The notes beneath the pieces are model-generated. The model saw nothing but the letters and a program-made list of their open reading frames with translations. It was not told where the DNA came from and searched no databases. The translations under genes were made by a program, and so were the position numbers. A DNA stretch of 60,396 nucleotides from a virus (lineage: Duplodnaviria; Caudoviricetes): positions 1 to 60,396 of IMG/VR virus record IMGVR_UViG_3300037848_000009; one strand, written 5' to 3'. Below are positions 1-9,606 of this stretch, piece after piece. Numbering within the stretch: position 1 is the first letter of the stretch; each line of letters starts with the position of its first letter.

Positions 1-127
1 ATACCGCAGGCGACGTAACAAAGCACACCGCAGGCGGGAAGAGTACCTGCGTTGGCGGTACAAGGCAGAAGCCAGCATCCGCGAGAAGATTCTCGACGCA
101 CGCACACCAGAAGAAAAAGAAGAAGCT
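1..127. repeat. Exact terminal overlap with 59473-59599 (similarity continues, diverged, to about 900 / 60396)
   Basis: Base-by-base identity for 127 nt, then divergent alleles of the same two genes. Confidence 0.9.
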
Positions 128-625
128 GTGTGGCAGAAGTTACGCGCCGAAATCATCCGCAGCCTGGGCTACATCGCGGACGCGGACACCAACGGTGGGC
201 CGTTCAACCGCAACGACTTTGTTCACTCGATAGCAGGTATAGTTGAGTGTTTAGCAAAGATCGGCAAAGTATCGCTAGTAGATCGCGCCGTGGACCTGGT
301 AGCTGATTACAACGCCAGCCACAACAAGCCCGCCATCGGTAAACGCCACAAGTTCTGGACATACCCGGACATGGCCCGCGCCGTTGACGCAGCGTGGCAG
401 GCAGCTACTGTAGACGGCGCAGTGATTGCAGAGGGCGAAGGTTGGCGCATCGAGACAGCGCCAGAAGACGACCGCGTGCGCATCTACTTCGACAGTAAGC
501 CGGATGAAACGATCCGTAGCGAGCTTAAAGGCACTGGTTGGAAATGGGCACCCTCGGCGGGCGCGTGGCAGCATAAGCTCACCAACAACGCCATCCTCAG
601 TGCAAAGGTGCTGATGGACTGCTAG
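2..625 (+). CDS. 5'-partial hypothetical protein, allelic variant of 59135..60097
   Basis: Same frame and near-identical C-terminus (DDRVRIYFDSKPDETIRSELKGTGWKWAPSAGAWQ). Confidence 0.8.
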   Translation, partial: YRRRRNKAHRRREEYLRWRYKAEASIREKILDARTPEEKEEAVWQKLRAEIIRSLGYIADADTNGGPFNRNDFVHSIAGIVECLAKIGKVSLVDRAVDLVADYNASHNKPAIGKRHKFWTYPDMARAVDAAWQAATVDGAVIAEGEGWRIETAPEDDRVRIYFDSKPDETIRSELKGTGWKWAPSAGAWQHKLTNNAILSAKVLMDC

Positions 626-685
626 GCAACAGGTCTGTACAGTTTTCAGGGGTCGCGCCTGACATAATCAGAAAGGGGAAGCAGG

Positions 686-1336
686 ATGAGTGTGTACGAC
701 ATAGAAGAGGAGTTGCGCGCAATTCTTAAAGCGCACGCACTCTGGCTTGATGATCCGGGCCAGGATGGGGCAAAGCGCGCTATTTTACACGGAGCCAAAC
801 TGGAAAGGGCCGACCTCAGTGGGGCCAACCTCAGCAGGGCCGACTTCAGCGAGGCCATCCTGAACGATGCCATCCTCGTAGGAGCCGAACTGGAAAGAGC
901 CAACCTCAGCGGGGCCTTGTTGTACAAGGTGAATCTGCATGAGGCTATCTTGTGTAAGGCGAATCTGACCGGGGCCGACCTGAAAAGGGTCGACCTCAGC
1001 GGGGCCGACCTCAGCGGGGTAACCGGTATACTTTCGCCATCAGAATGGATGGCTGCAACCTTTGAAGCAACAGACGAGGGCTATGTCGTGTACAAGACCG
1101 AAGAAACGTTTGAAGCGGGCGACTACTTGACAGAAGTGTGCAATCCGGATCGTAGCGCCGTCCATGGCACCGGTGTCAACTTCGCTACCCTGGAATGGTG
1201 TCAAGAAATCTATCTAGGGGCGCAAATTTGGAAGTGCATCATCGAATGGCGTGATCTACCGGGCGTTGTCGTGCCGTTTCATCCGGAAAGGCAGGCACGC
1301 TGTGAAAGATTGAGACTGGTAGAAAGCGTAAGCTAG
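686..1336 (+). CDS. Pentapeptide-repeat protein
   Basis: Repeated A(D/N)LxG pentapeptides; AGAAAGGGG RBS. Confidence 0.9.
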   Translation: MSVYDIEEELRAILKAHALWLDDPGQDGAKRAILHGAKLERADLSGANLSRADFSEAILNDAILVGAELERANLSGALLYKVNLHEAILCKANLTGADLKRVDLSGADLSGVTGILSPSEWMAATFEATDEGYVVYKTEETFEAGDYLTEVCNPDRSAVHGTGVNFATLEWCQEIYLGAQIWKCIIEWRDLPGVVVPFHPERQARCERLRLVESVS

Positions 1337-1408
1337 GAGAACATATAAGTTTTTCAAACCCTCTGGTGATCTGCCAGAGGTTTTTTTTGCGTTCCATCCA
1401 GCGGGCTT

Positions 1409-1765
1409 CGGGTACTTTCGGGTACTTCGATTCGGAAAACCTTCCCAACAGTCCAGGGGTGCCGTACATACGACCAGGTGTTTATGGCTTCCTGGTGCGA
1501 TTTATATTTGTTTTTTTTACTCTTCGTTCGGAGTTTTTGAGACGTTCCATCCAACGGGTACTTCGGGTACTTCGGGTACTTCTGACCACACTTTATAAAC
1601 ACGCTATACGCATGCGCGCGCATGACATGCGAGAATCTGTGTATAAAAGTACCCGAAGTACCCGAAGTACCCGTAAACCATGACAAGCACCGCATTGCAA
1701 TGGGATAAAAACCTTACGGGTACTTTTTTTGAAAAAATCCAAAGTACCCGTAAGTACCCGTACCC
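1409..1765. repeat. Cluster of direct and inverted CGGGTACTT 9-mers; putative origin-like element
   Basis: 3 direct copies at 1555-1581, 3 inverted at 1647-1673, further copies at 1409-1427, 1717-1725 and 1742-1760; AT-rich and non-coding. Confidence 0.8.
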
Positions 1766-1828
1766 CACTGGAAGGTCTTTTTTTTTGCCGCAACTGCCCA
1801 TACGTTCAACAACGGGGCTTTCTAAGTA

Positions 1829-1837
1829 TGCTATACT
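1829..1837 (+). promoter_or_regulatory. Extended -10 promoter (TGcTATACT) ahead of the lysis/late operon
   Basis: Consensus match upstream of the first late gene. Confidence 0.5.
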
Positions 1838-1913
1838 AAAAGGGGCGTTATCAGGTAGCCTATGATGCCCGAAGTTCCTGAAATTGTTTTATTCCTGGAG
1901 ACGTTCCGGTTGC

Positions 1914-2465
1914 GTGCTCGAAATCTTACAGATTGTCTTGCCAGTTGTTGGCGCTCTGTTTGCCGCCTGGTTTGCCTACCGAGGGCAACGCGATGTGGCA
2001 AGCCTGCAACGCGAGCAGGCGCGACGCGAGCACGATGCTGCGCAGGTCAACGAGGTATTGACCTGGCAGAAGAATGAACTGGACCGAGTACGAGCGGAAC
2101 TGGAATCGTGCAAGGCCAGTCTGGAGGACATAGCGGCTCTCCAGGCGGCTAAGAAGATTGCGGAGTATCAGTCTTCCAGAATGCAGCGCGAACTGGAGGC
2201 CGCGCACCGGGTTACTGCCGATCAGGAAGTCAAGCTGGCTGAGGCATTGGGAAAACTTGAAGAACGCTACCTGGAGGTCATGGCGTTGCGTGAACAGCTA
2301 CACGGCGTGCAGGCTGAGGTGCAATTGCAAAGCATCAGATATGGCATCAATACAGACCAGATGCAAGCTCGCCTGGACTATTATCGGCATTTGGCAAGGC
2401 GCGACAAAGACGCGACGAAGGAACTTCTACCACCGGAGAGGCTGAATGGACCCGAGACTGATTGA
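1914..2465 (+). CDS. N-terminal TM plus coiled-coil protein (lysis-associated)
   Basis: GTG start; ILQIVLPVVGALFAAWFAY helix followed by heptads; next to the endolysin. Confidence 0.6.
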   Translation: MLEILQIVLPVVGALFAAWFAYRGQRDVASLQREQARREHDAAQVNEVLTWQKNELDRVRAELESCKASLEDIAALQAAKKIAEYQSSRMQRELEAAHRVTADQEVKLAEALGKLEERYLEVMALREQLHGVQAEVQLQSIRYGINTDQMQARLDYYRHLARRDKDATKELLPPERLNGPETD

Positions 2466-2826
2466 AATACTCGGATACCTGACTACGACTGCCGGGGCCG
2501 GGGTTGCTGCGTCGTATTTGTTTGCCTGGCTGCGTCGTGTTGTGTCGTTTCCGGATCAGCGTCCTGATACTGCCTGGCAGTGCACGCTGTGGCGCATCCT
2601 CTACAAAGCACTCTGGTCTGATGCCTGGACCCTCTGGACGGCCCCGTTCCTGGCACTGCTGATCGGAACGGGCGCGTCTCTGTTTTTGGCGCTGGTGCAG
2701 GGCGATGACCTCTGGTATGTATTCTGGGCATTTGCTTCGGCCTGGATAAGCCAGCAGTGGTATCGTCACGGTAAGATGCAGCATTCCGAACTGGAGTGGC
2801 CGGATATACAGGAGGACGAACCGTGA
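2446..2826 (+). CDS. Putative holin
   Basis: 126 aa, several hydrophobic helices, charged C-terminus, upstream of amidase. Confidence 0.55.
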   Translation: MDPRLIEILGYLTTTAGAGVAASYLFAWLRRVVSFPDQRPDTAWQCTLWRILYKALWSDAWTLWTAPFLALLIGTGASLFLALVQGDDLWYVFWAFASAWISQQWYRHGKMQHSELEWPDIQEDEP

Positions 2827-3077
2827 CCCATCGTGTTGCCTATGAGATTGTGGAAAAGCTGTATACTGTGCAAAAACACTGCCAGCAGCAGCGACAGCAC
2901 ATTCTGAGCCAGTTGCAGGCTGACAATAAGGAGGCGGTCCGAAAGCTGGTCATAGACATTTATGACACGGTTGAGGCCGATCTCGAACAGGCAATAGCAA
3001 TGACGCGTGCCATCGAAGCCCAGATCGACACGCCACAAAGCAGCGAACGCGGCGACTCGTCGCATGATATGAGGTAA
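2823..3077 (+). CDS. Hypothetical protein
   Basis: GTGA overlap with previous stop, GGAGG RBS. Confidence 0.6.
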   Translation: MTHRVAYEIVEKLYTVQKHCQQQRQHILSQLQADNKEAVRKLVIDIYDTVEADLEQAIAMTRAIEAQIDTPQSSERGDSSHDMR

Positions 3078-3080
3078 GTA

Positions 3081-3818
3081 ATGCAGATTGAAAATGTCGG
3101 AATGACCCGCCCGCACTACCAAAAAGGCGGCAACCACTGCCGTGCCATCGTCCTCCATGCCACGGCGGGGCGCTACCCTGGCGATTATGACTGGTTGCGA
3201 CAGGGCGGTAGCAGCAGTGCTCCGGTTTCAATCCATTACTATATCCGCAAAAATGGCGACATCTCGCGCATGGTTGACGATGAGGACATCGCCTGGCACG
3301 CGGGGCGGAGCACCTGGGCCATTGACGGCAAGCAGGTGTCTTACGGCATCGGCCTCAACCCATACTCGCTCGGCATCGAACTGGAGAACTGGAATAATGG
3401 GCGCGACCCGTATCCACAGCCCCAATATGACGCCGCCGTGTGGCTGGTCGATACGCTTGTGGGGATATATGATATTCCACAGAGCCAGCTTGTCAGGCAC
3501 CTGGATATTGCGCCGCAGCGCAAGACCGACCCTGCCGGGTTTCCGTGGGAACAGTTTGTATCGGATGTGTACGATACAAAGGTACCCACACCGGAGCCGT
3601 ATCGCGCGCCGCACTGGTATACCGTGGCCCCTGGGGGCACCACCAATATCAGGTATCAGCCACGAGTGACGGCTGACAATATCGCAATGCAACTACAAGC
3701 AGGCCGACTGCACATTGACCAATGGGCTGATAGGGACGATCCTGAATATGGCGGGCGATGGGCAAAACTTAGCGGCGGCTCGTTATATGTGCATAGTAGC
3801 GGGGTAGTAGCTGAGTGA
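3081..3818 (+). CDS. Endolysin, N-acetylmuramoyl-L-alanine amidase (Amidase_2) with C-terminal SH3-like region
   Basis: IVLHATAG, SIHYYI, AWHAG, SLGIELEN, RHLDIAPQRKTDP motifs. Confidence 0.92.
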   Translation: MQIENVGMTRPHYQKGGNHCRAIVLHATAGRYPGDYDWLRQGGSSSAPVSIHYYIRKNGDISRMVDDEDIAWHAGRSTWAIDGKQVSYGIGLNPYSLGIELENWNNGRDPYPQPQYDAAVWLVDTLVGIYDIPQSQLVRHLDIAPQRKTDPAGFPWEQFVSDVYDTKVPTPEPYRAPHWYTVAPGGTTNIRYQPRVTADNIAMQLQAGRLHIDQWADRDDPEYGGRWAKLSGGSLYVHSSGVVAE

Positions 3819-3981
3819 CAACACACACTAACGTCACCATCGAATACCGCGCTCGGCGATTGTGGGTGTTTCACATCGCCGTCTGGCTTGCCAACTATTT
3901 GCCGTCGCGTGTCGGCTTCGCTCTGGCGCGTATTGTGGCGTGTTTGATCGTGATAATCGAGTTCCGTTATGGGGTGGGGTA

Positions 3982-5133
3982 GTGAACGAACCAATTGAAC
4001 AGACACGCAACATTGACACGCTGGTGCCCCATCCGCGCAACTACAACCAGCACCCGCCTGCACAGATTGAGCGGCTTGCTGCCAGCCTGCGCCAGTTCGG
4101 ACAGGTGCGCCCCATTGTGGTGCACGGCGATACCATCGTCGCGGGCCACGGTGTGTATATGGCAGCGCAGCACCTCAACTACCAGGCGTTGCGCGTCACC
4201 CAGCTACCAGACGACTGGACAGACGAGCAAGCAATGGCCTATCTGGTGGCTGACAACGAGACGCGGCGCGGGGCCGAACCCGACGATACCGAACTGGCCG
4301 CGTTGCTTGACGAGTTGCAGCAGCAAGATTTCGACCTGGATAGCCTGGGCTTCGATGAGCAGGAGTATGGCGCGCTGTTGGATGGGTTGACGCCGGAACT
4401 GCCCGAACCCGGCAACGGCGGCGATGAGTTTGAATCCGACGACGCCGCGCCCTGCCGGGTGCAGGCGGGTGACGTGTGGCTCATCGGCGGCGTGCATCGC
4501 CTGATCTGTGGGGACTGCACCGACCCGGCGACAGTTGAGCGGTTGATGCAGGGCGAGCGGGCGTCATTTTCTGAGGTTGATCCGCCATATGAAATGGGTG
4601 TGACCCAACAGGTTGACGCATTAGAACTATGCCAGGGTACTATAACCCTATGGGGCATGGCGTTTGAATTATCTCCGGTATGTTTGGAGTGGCAAAACTG
4701 GCCTGATGTTGATCTGGTGTGGCGATTCCATTTTGGGCGGATGTACAGCGGTCAACGTCCATTTTGCCATCATCGTAATATTTGGATTTTTAATATTGAT
4801 TATTACAACGCCGAATGGCGTGGAGAAAACGGGGCGCCACCGTCAACATTTTTCGAGAGTTCCTATACAAGCGTGCACCACAAACACGAAAAGCCGCTTG
4901 ATGTGCTCGTGTCGCTGCTTCAACAATACAGTTCACCTGAAAGCCTGGTGTATGTGCCTTTTGGGGGTAGCGGTGCTACACTGATTGCAGCACACCGCAC
5001 AGGCCGTATAGCCCGGATGATTGAAATCGATCCAGGATTTTGCGAGATTATCCTACAGCGCTGTGAGTCCGAGGGGCTTACAGCAGAGCGAGTTGCTCAG
5101 TCTTTGCAGGAGCCGAACCGTGATGCTGTGTGA
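3982..5133 (+). CDS. ParB-like domain fused to an N6/N4 DNA methyltransferase
   Basis: HPRNYNQH/PIVV/IVAGHG/ADN ParB motifs; HRLICGD, DPPY, HEKP, PFGGSG. Confidence 0.88.
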   Translation: MNEPIEQTRNIDTLVPHPRNYNQHPPAQIERLAASLRQFGQVRPIVVHGDTIVAGHGVYMAAQHLNYQALRVTQLPDDWTDEQAMAYLVADNETRRGAEPDDTELAALLDELQQQDFDLDSLGFDEQEYGALLDGLTPELPEPGNGGDEFESDDAAPCRVQAGDVWLIGGVHRLICGDCTDPATVERLMQGERASFSEVDPPYEMGVTQQVDALELCQGTITLWGMAFELSPVCLEWQNWPDVDLVWRFHFGRMYSGQRPFCHHRNIWIFNIDYYNAEWRGENGAPPSTFFESSYTSVHHKHEKPLDVLVSLLQQYSSPESLVYVPFGGSGATLIAAHRTGRIARMIEIDPGFCEIILQRCESEGLTAERVAQSLQEPNRDAV

Positions 5134-5920
5134 TATAGCGCGGGTTTTCGTAGCCCACCGGGAGATACCCTTGCAGGTCTTTTTTGATGTAATGCCGCAC
5201 GCCAAGGCGATGGCACAAATCAAGAATGCGATGGGTGTAACTCTCCCAGTCAGTCGTTCCGGTCATCGGCAGATAGTTTGCCCTGCCGATTTTATACAGA
5301 TCAACAAATTCGTGCGTCTGTTCGATAATTTGCAAACTAGCTTCGGTACTCAATGTCGGCTCCAGGCTGACCCACGTGAAGATTCCCGCCTTGTGGAACA
5401 GACGCAACGTATTGATGCGATCATCGGGCACTGCTGCACCGCGTTCCCATTTCTGGCTGAAATCAGCATCCAACGACGTGAGCGTGCTGGCGAACGCATC
5501 ACGCTCTGGTCTGAACAAATCCAAATCACGCAGTGCTCGTTTGCCGCCCTTTGTGAGCGTGCAAATGTCCAGACCGTGGGCTTGCAGTGTTTGCAGCACA
5601 GGACGCGTGAGCGAGTTGTCAAATGGATGGTATGGGTCTGTGGTGAACGACAGCATCACCTGTTCAGTGATACCAAGTTCCTGGTACTTCGCTGCGTCTT
5701 TACGCAACTTGCTAAGAAATTCAGGGCGAGGTTCTGCACCGGCGTCAAATTCGGGGCGCGTCATGCGCAGTACATTGGGCACGTAGCAATAGGCGCACTG
5801 ATGGCCGCAGCCACGATACGGGTTCGTGGCGAGTTTGGAGTACTCGCCAGCTTGTCCGCGTGGGGCATAGATGATCGAGCAGCCTTTGACGCTCCAGCCG
5901 TCGGGGTTCAGTGTTGGCAT
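5078..5920 (-). CDS. Radical SAM protein (spore photoproduct lyase-like)
   Basis: NPYRGCGHQCAYCY (CxxxCxxC), TDPY, LTK, SLEP. Confidence 0.88.
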   Translation of the reverse strand: MPTLNPDGWSVKGCSIIYAPRGQAGEYSKLATNPYRGCGHQCAYCYVPNVLRMTRPEFDAGAEPRPEFLSKLRKDAAKYQELGITEQVMLSFTTDPYHPFDNSLTRPVLQTLQAHGLDICTLTKGGKRALRDLDLFRPERDAFASTLTSLDADFSQKWERGAAVPDDRINTLRLFHKAGIFTWVSLEPTLSTEASLQIIEQTHEFVDLYKIGRANYLPMTGTTDWESYTHRILDLCHRLGVRHYIKKDLQGYLPVGYENPRYITQHHGSAPAKTEQLALL

Positions 5921-6017
5921 AACAGTCTCCGTTCTGTTTTCTCCGATGATCAACGGGGCTGCCGTTCGGAGTACCCGGCATTGTCACGCGCTGATCAGGC
6001 GCGTCTAGCCCACTTCT

Positions 6018-6026
6018 ATTGTAGCA
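6018..6026 (-). promoter_or_regulatory. Extended -10 promoter (TGcTACAAT) for the radical SAM gene
   Basis: Consensus match about 100 nt upstream of the ATG. Confidence 0.5.
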
Positions 6027-6064
6027 CGGTTTTCGGCATACCAAAGGCAAGAACAGGTTAAGAT

Positions 6065-6544
6065 GTGCTGCCAGAACAGTTACCCAACGAGAGCACCAAA
6101 GCATACGCCGCGTTTGTGGCGTATGCCGAGATGGGCAGCCAGCGCAGCCTGGAGAAACTATCCCAACAGTATGCCAAGAGTATACCAATTCTTAAGCGTT
6201 GGTCTGTACAACACCGTTGGCAGGAGCGGGTACGCCAGTATGACGCGGCGGTACTCGAAGAGCACAACGCCGCGCTACGTGCAAAGCGCAATCAGGAGAT
6301 TGAACGCTTACGACAGGATGCACTACTGGACGCCAAGACGCTCCGCCAGTTGGGGCGCGGCTCATCGGGCAAGCTCGGCGAGGCGATCAAAAATATGCAG
6401 GCAAAGGACATAGAGCCGAAGCACGTTGCATCGCTCCTGCGCACGATTGCACAATCATTAGAGGCCGCAACCAACATAGACGCGGCAGCACTCGGCATAG
6501 ATGAGGCACTGGAACATGCCCGCAACACTGACACAACAGAGTAG
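6065..6544 (+). CDS. terS: Terminase small subunit
   Basis: ESTKAYAAF..RSL..RWS..WQERVRQYD HTH type; directly before terL. Confidence 0.78.
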   Translation: MLPEQLPNESTKAYAAFVAYAEMGSQRSLEKLSQQYAKSIPILKRWSVQHRWQERVRQYDAAVLEEHNAALRAKRNQEIERLRQDALLDAKTLRQLGRGSSGKLGEAIKNMQAKDIEPKHVASLLRTIAQSLEAATNIDAAALGIDEALEHARNTDTTE

Positions 6545-7856
6545 GCGATGGTTGCGCCAGCAATGGCGAGCACCGCTAACGAACAGCACCGCACCACAAG
6601 CCACGAGTGAGCAGGTGCCCGTGTACATCCCGCGCGGCCCCGCTGCGGAACTGCAGGCCAATCATGCCACAGAGATTGTCATAAGCGGCCCGGCTGGCAC
6701 AGGCAAAAGTCGGGCCTGCCTGGAAAAGATGCACGTCTATGCACAACAGCACCCTCGCTTTCGTGGCCTGATCGTGCGCAAGACGCGCGAAAGCTTGAGC
6801 GAAACCGGGCTGTTTACGTATGAACAATATGTCCTCGGACGCGATCACCCGATGATTATTGATGGTAAACCTAAGCGCCGTATTCGGCAGGTCTACCAAT
6901 ACCCCAATGGTGCCGAAATCGTCATTGGCGGTATGGACAAGGCATCGAAAATTATGTCTACTGAGTATGATATAATATTTGTTCAGGAAGCCACCGAGTT
7001 GGAAGAGCAGGATTGGCAGGCGCTCCTTACCCGCCTTCGTAATCATGCACTGCCATTTCAGCAGATGATGGCAGACTGCAACCCATCAGCACCAACCCAC
7101 TGGCTGTATCAGCGATGTATGAGCGGGCGCGCCACGCTCCTGAATAGCCGCCACGAGGACAACCCGCGCCTCTACCAGGATGGTAAGTGGACAGAAGAAG
7201 GGAAAGAATACCTCTCCATTCTGGACAGTCTGACTGGAGCGGAATACCACCGGTTGCGACTCGGCCAATGGGTGCAATCGAGCGGGTTGGTGTATGATGT
7301 GTGGAGTGATGACAATGTCAGCGAGGATGCTGAGCATCAGCCAGGTGCAGGTGAGGTATATTGGGGGGTTGACGATGGCTATAGTGGTCAGATCGACCCG
7401 CGCACCGGGCTCTACACGGTAGACAGTCACCCCCGCGCATTCGTCCTGGCACAGTTACGAAGCAATGGGCGGCTCTGTGTGTTTGCTGAGCACCTGACTG
7501 TCAAAACACTCAGCGACAGTCATCTGCAGCAGGTGATGGCGTTAGGGTATCCCATGCCAGCGTATGCCGCCGTCGATAGTAGCGCAAGCGAGCTAAAACG
7601 CCGCATCTTTGATGTAGGCGTGCCAGTCAAGAGCAAGCCGGTGAATGTGGAGGAAAGTATCAAAGAGACGCGCCGCTGGCTTGCCCCCGATACGAACAAC
7701 TGGCGACGCATCCTGGTGCATCCGCGCTGCAAACATCTGCGCAATGAGATGATAAGCTATGTGCGCAACCCGGCGACCGGCACGCCATACAAGCAGCACG
7801 ATCACTGTCTGGACGCCTTACGGTATCTCACGCATGCATTGCGATACGAGGTGTGA
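6501..7856 (+). CDS. terL: Terminase large subunit
   Basis: Walker A SGPAGTGKS, IIFVQEATE, CNP, GVDDG, DHCLDALRY; exact start uncertain. Confidence 0.95.
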   Translation: MRHWNMPATLTQQSRRWLRQQWRAPLTNSTAPQATSEQVPVYIPRGPAAELQANHATEIVISGPAGTGKSRACLEKMHVYAQQHPRFRGLIVRKTRESLSETGLFTYEQYVLGRDHPMIIDGKPKRRIRQVYQYPNGAEIVIGGMDKASKIMSTEYDIIFVQEATELEEQDWQALLTRLRNHALPFQQMMADCNPSAPTHWLYQRCMSGRATLLNSRHEDNPRLYQDGKWTEEGKEYLSILDSLTGAEYHRLRLGQWVQSSGLVYDVWSDDNVSEDAEHQPGAGEVYWGVDDGYSGQIDPRTGLYTVDSHPRAFVLAQLRSNGRLCVFAEHLTVKTLSDSHLQQVMALGYPMPAYAAVDSSASELKRRIFDVGVPVKSKPVNVEESIKETRRWLAPDTNNWRRILVHPRCKHLRNEMISYVRNPATGTPYKQHDHCLDALRYLTHALRYEV

Positions 7857-9268
7857 TGACTATTGAAGAAATCAAAAAACGCAGCGTCACGAGAGACGAT
7901 GACGACCATGGCGGCGTGTACCATTTCCATCTGCCGTTTGGAAGCTATACTGATAGTGTCAGCTTACCACCCGATCCGCCTGCGTACTGGAGCCGTAGCA
8001 GAGATGCACGATTGCGAGCCACAGTGCATCACGGCACAACCTGGCCGAATGCCGTAAGCATTGCTATCAGCAAAATGGCGTCCCTTGCGTGGGAGGTGTC
8101 TGGGCCGGTGCCGTTGCGGGTACGGCGGGCACAGCACCTACTCCATACCATTGGTGCGGGGAATGGATGGGTGTCGTTCCTCTCGAAGCATTTGCGCGAT
8201 TACTTGACGTGCGACAATGGTGCATTTGTGGAAGTGGTACGCGCAAGCTCCGTGCGAGGAAGCCGTATTCTTGGATTGATGCATCTGGATAGCTTGCGCT
8301 GTGAGCGAACAGAAAACAGTCGCGCCCCGGTCATCTACACCGACAAAAGAGGCAAACGGCACGAACTGCAATACTACCAGGTCATGAATATCACCGACAT
8401 GCCAAATCCTGCCGATGATGATGATTATCCAGGAGTCGGCTTGTGCGCTGCGAGCCGCGCCTATGAAGCCATTGTGAAGGCAGCAGCCATTGATCGGTAT
8501 TTTATTGAGAAGATTACTGGTAACCGCCCAACCGCGCTCCATTTCATCCAAGGCGTGAGCCAAAAACAACTTAATGACGCGTTTCGTACCAGCGATCAAC
8601 ACAGCGCCAGCAAGGGCTATGTCGTGTACAAAGGAGCGGTCATGATCCCGGTCCTCGGAGACACGGCCACGCAACTTATGACCGTACCCATCGCAGAAGT
8701 ACCAGACGGGTTTGACGCGGAGCAGGAGCGCCAGGACGCCGCGCGCCATATGGCCGGTGCCATTGGTATTGACCCGCAAGACCTGGACCCCAACCTGCTC
8801 GCTTCGCGTGCATTAGGCACTGGTGCCCAATCGCTGGTCATTGCCGCAAAGGAGAAAGGTCGGGGGCTGGCGGCCTGGCGACAGGCATGGACACACATGC
8901 TCAATGAGTACGTACTTCCTGCTAGTGTGACATTCGAGTTTGTGGAAGACGATCCGCGTGATGAAGACCTGCGCGCGGATGTCACCAAAAAACGTGGTGG
9001 ATACGTGGTGGACCTCGTGAAAAATGGCGTGATCAGCCCACAGGAGGCCGTGCAGTACCTTGTTGATTGGGATGAACTGCCGAAAGAGTTTCTCTCCAGC
9101 GATGAAACCCCGGACACAAGCCTGGGGGATGATGAGAAGCCAGGTGAGCCCCAACCAGACACCGCACCGATGCCGGATGTAACCGAAAAACAGACGCGCA
9201 ACGCGGCAATGGTTATTGACGAACAATTGCCACAAGCGCGCGCGCTCTTTCTGGAGGTAACCTCATGA
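7853..9268 (+). CDS. Portal protein
   Basis: Follows terL, 471 aa, DYLTCDNGAFVEV..LMHLDS portal-like motif. Confidence 0.85.
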   Translation: MMTIEEIKKRSVTRDDDDHGGVYHFHLPFGSYTDSVSLPPDPPAYWSRSRDARLRATVHHGTTWPNAVSIAISKMASLAWEVSGPVPLRVRRAQHLLHTIGAGNGWVSFLSKHLRDYLTCDNGAFVEVVRASSVRGSRILGLMHLDSLRCERTENSRAPVIYTDKRGKRHELQYYQVMNITDMPNPADDDDYPGVGLCAASRAYEAIVKAAAIDRYFIEKITGNRPTALHFIQGVSQKQLNDAFRTSDQHSASKGYVVYKGAVMIPVLGDTATQLMTVPIAEVPDGFDAEQERQDAARHMAGAIGIDPQDLDPNLLASRALGTGAQSLVIAAKEKGRGLAAWRQAWTHMLNEYVLPASVTFEFVEDDPRDEDLRADVTKKRGGYVVDLVKNGVISPQEAVQYLVDWDELPKEFLSSDETPDTSLGDDEKPGEPQPDTAPMPDVTEKQTRNAAMVIDEQLPQARALFLEVTS

Positions 9269-9606
9269 CATATACGTATGACAGATGCGATAACGCGCTT
9301 GTGGCAGGCGGTACCGCGACGCCTATTGCGCACGCCAATGGCAAGCTCTACCATTACGCTGTGTCGGTTGGCAGTACCGCCACCGAAATTACATCAGCGA
9401 TCCTGCCACATGCCGAGCGCGTGGATATTGCTATTAAAAATCCATCAGCAGACACGGTTTACATTGGCGATGAAAATGTGACGACTGCGACCGGGTTCCC
9501 ACTGGCCCAGAACGAGAGCATCGTCATAGCCAGTACTGATTGCCCAATCTATGCTATCGGTGCAGATCAAGCCAGTATTGATTTGCGAGTTCTGGAGATC
9601 ATTTGA
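9265..9606 (+). CDS. Small beta-sandwich protein, probably virion-associated
   Basis: IKNPSADTVYIG..GFPL pattern; coupled to portal. Confidence 0.6.
   Translation: MTYTYDRCDNALVAGGTATPIAHANGKLYHYAVSVGSTATEITSAILPHAERVDIAIKNPSADTVYIGDENVTTATGFPLAQNESIVIASTDCPIYAIGADQASIDLRVLEII

Noticed and set aside
1-900. DGR template/variable repeat pair or true terminal repeat
   Set aside because: No reverse transcriptase, differences are not adenine-specific, and the copies are too divergent for a packaging repeat.
1354-1865. Short ORFs over the iteron region
   Set aside because: Low-complexity translations of 9-bp repeats with no RBS.
5021-6061. 346-aa plus-strand ORF
   Set aside because: Antisense shadow of the radical SAM gene with no recognisable motifs.
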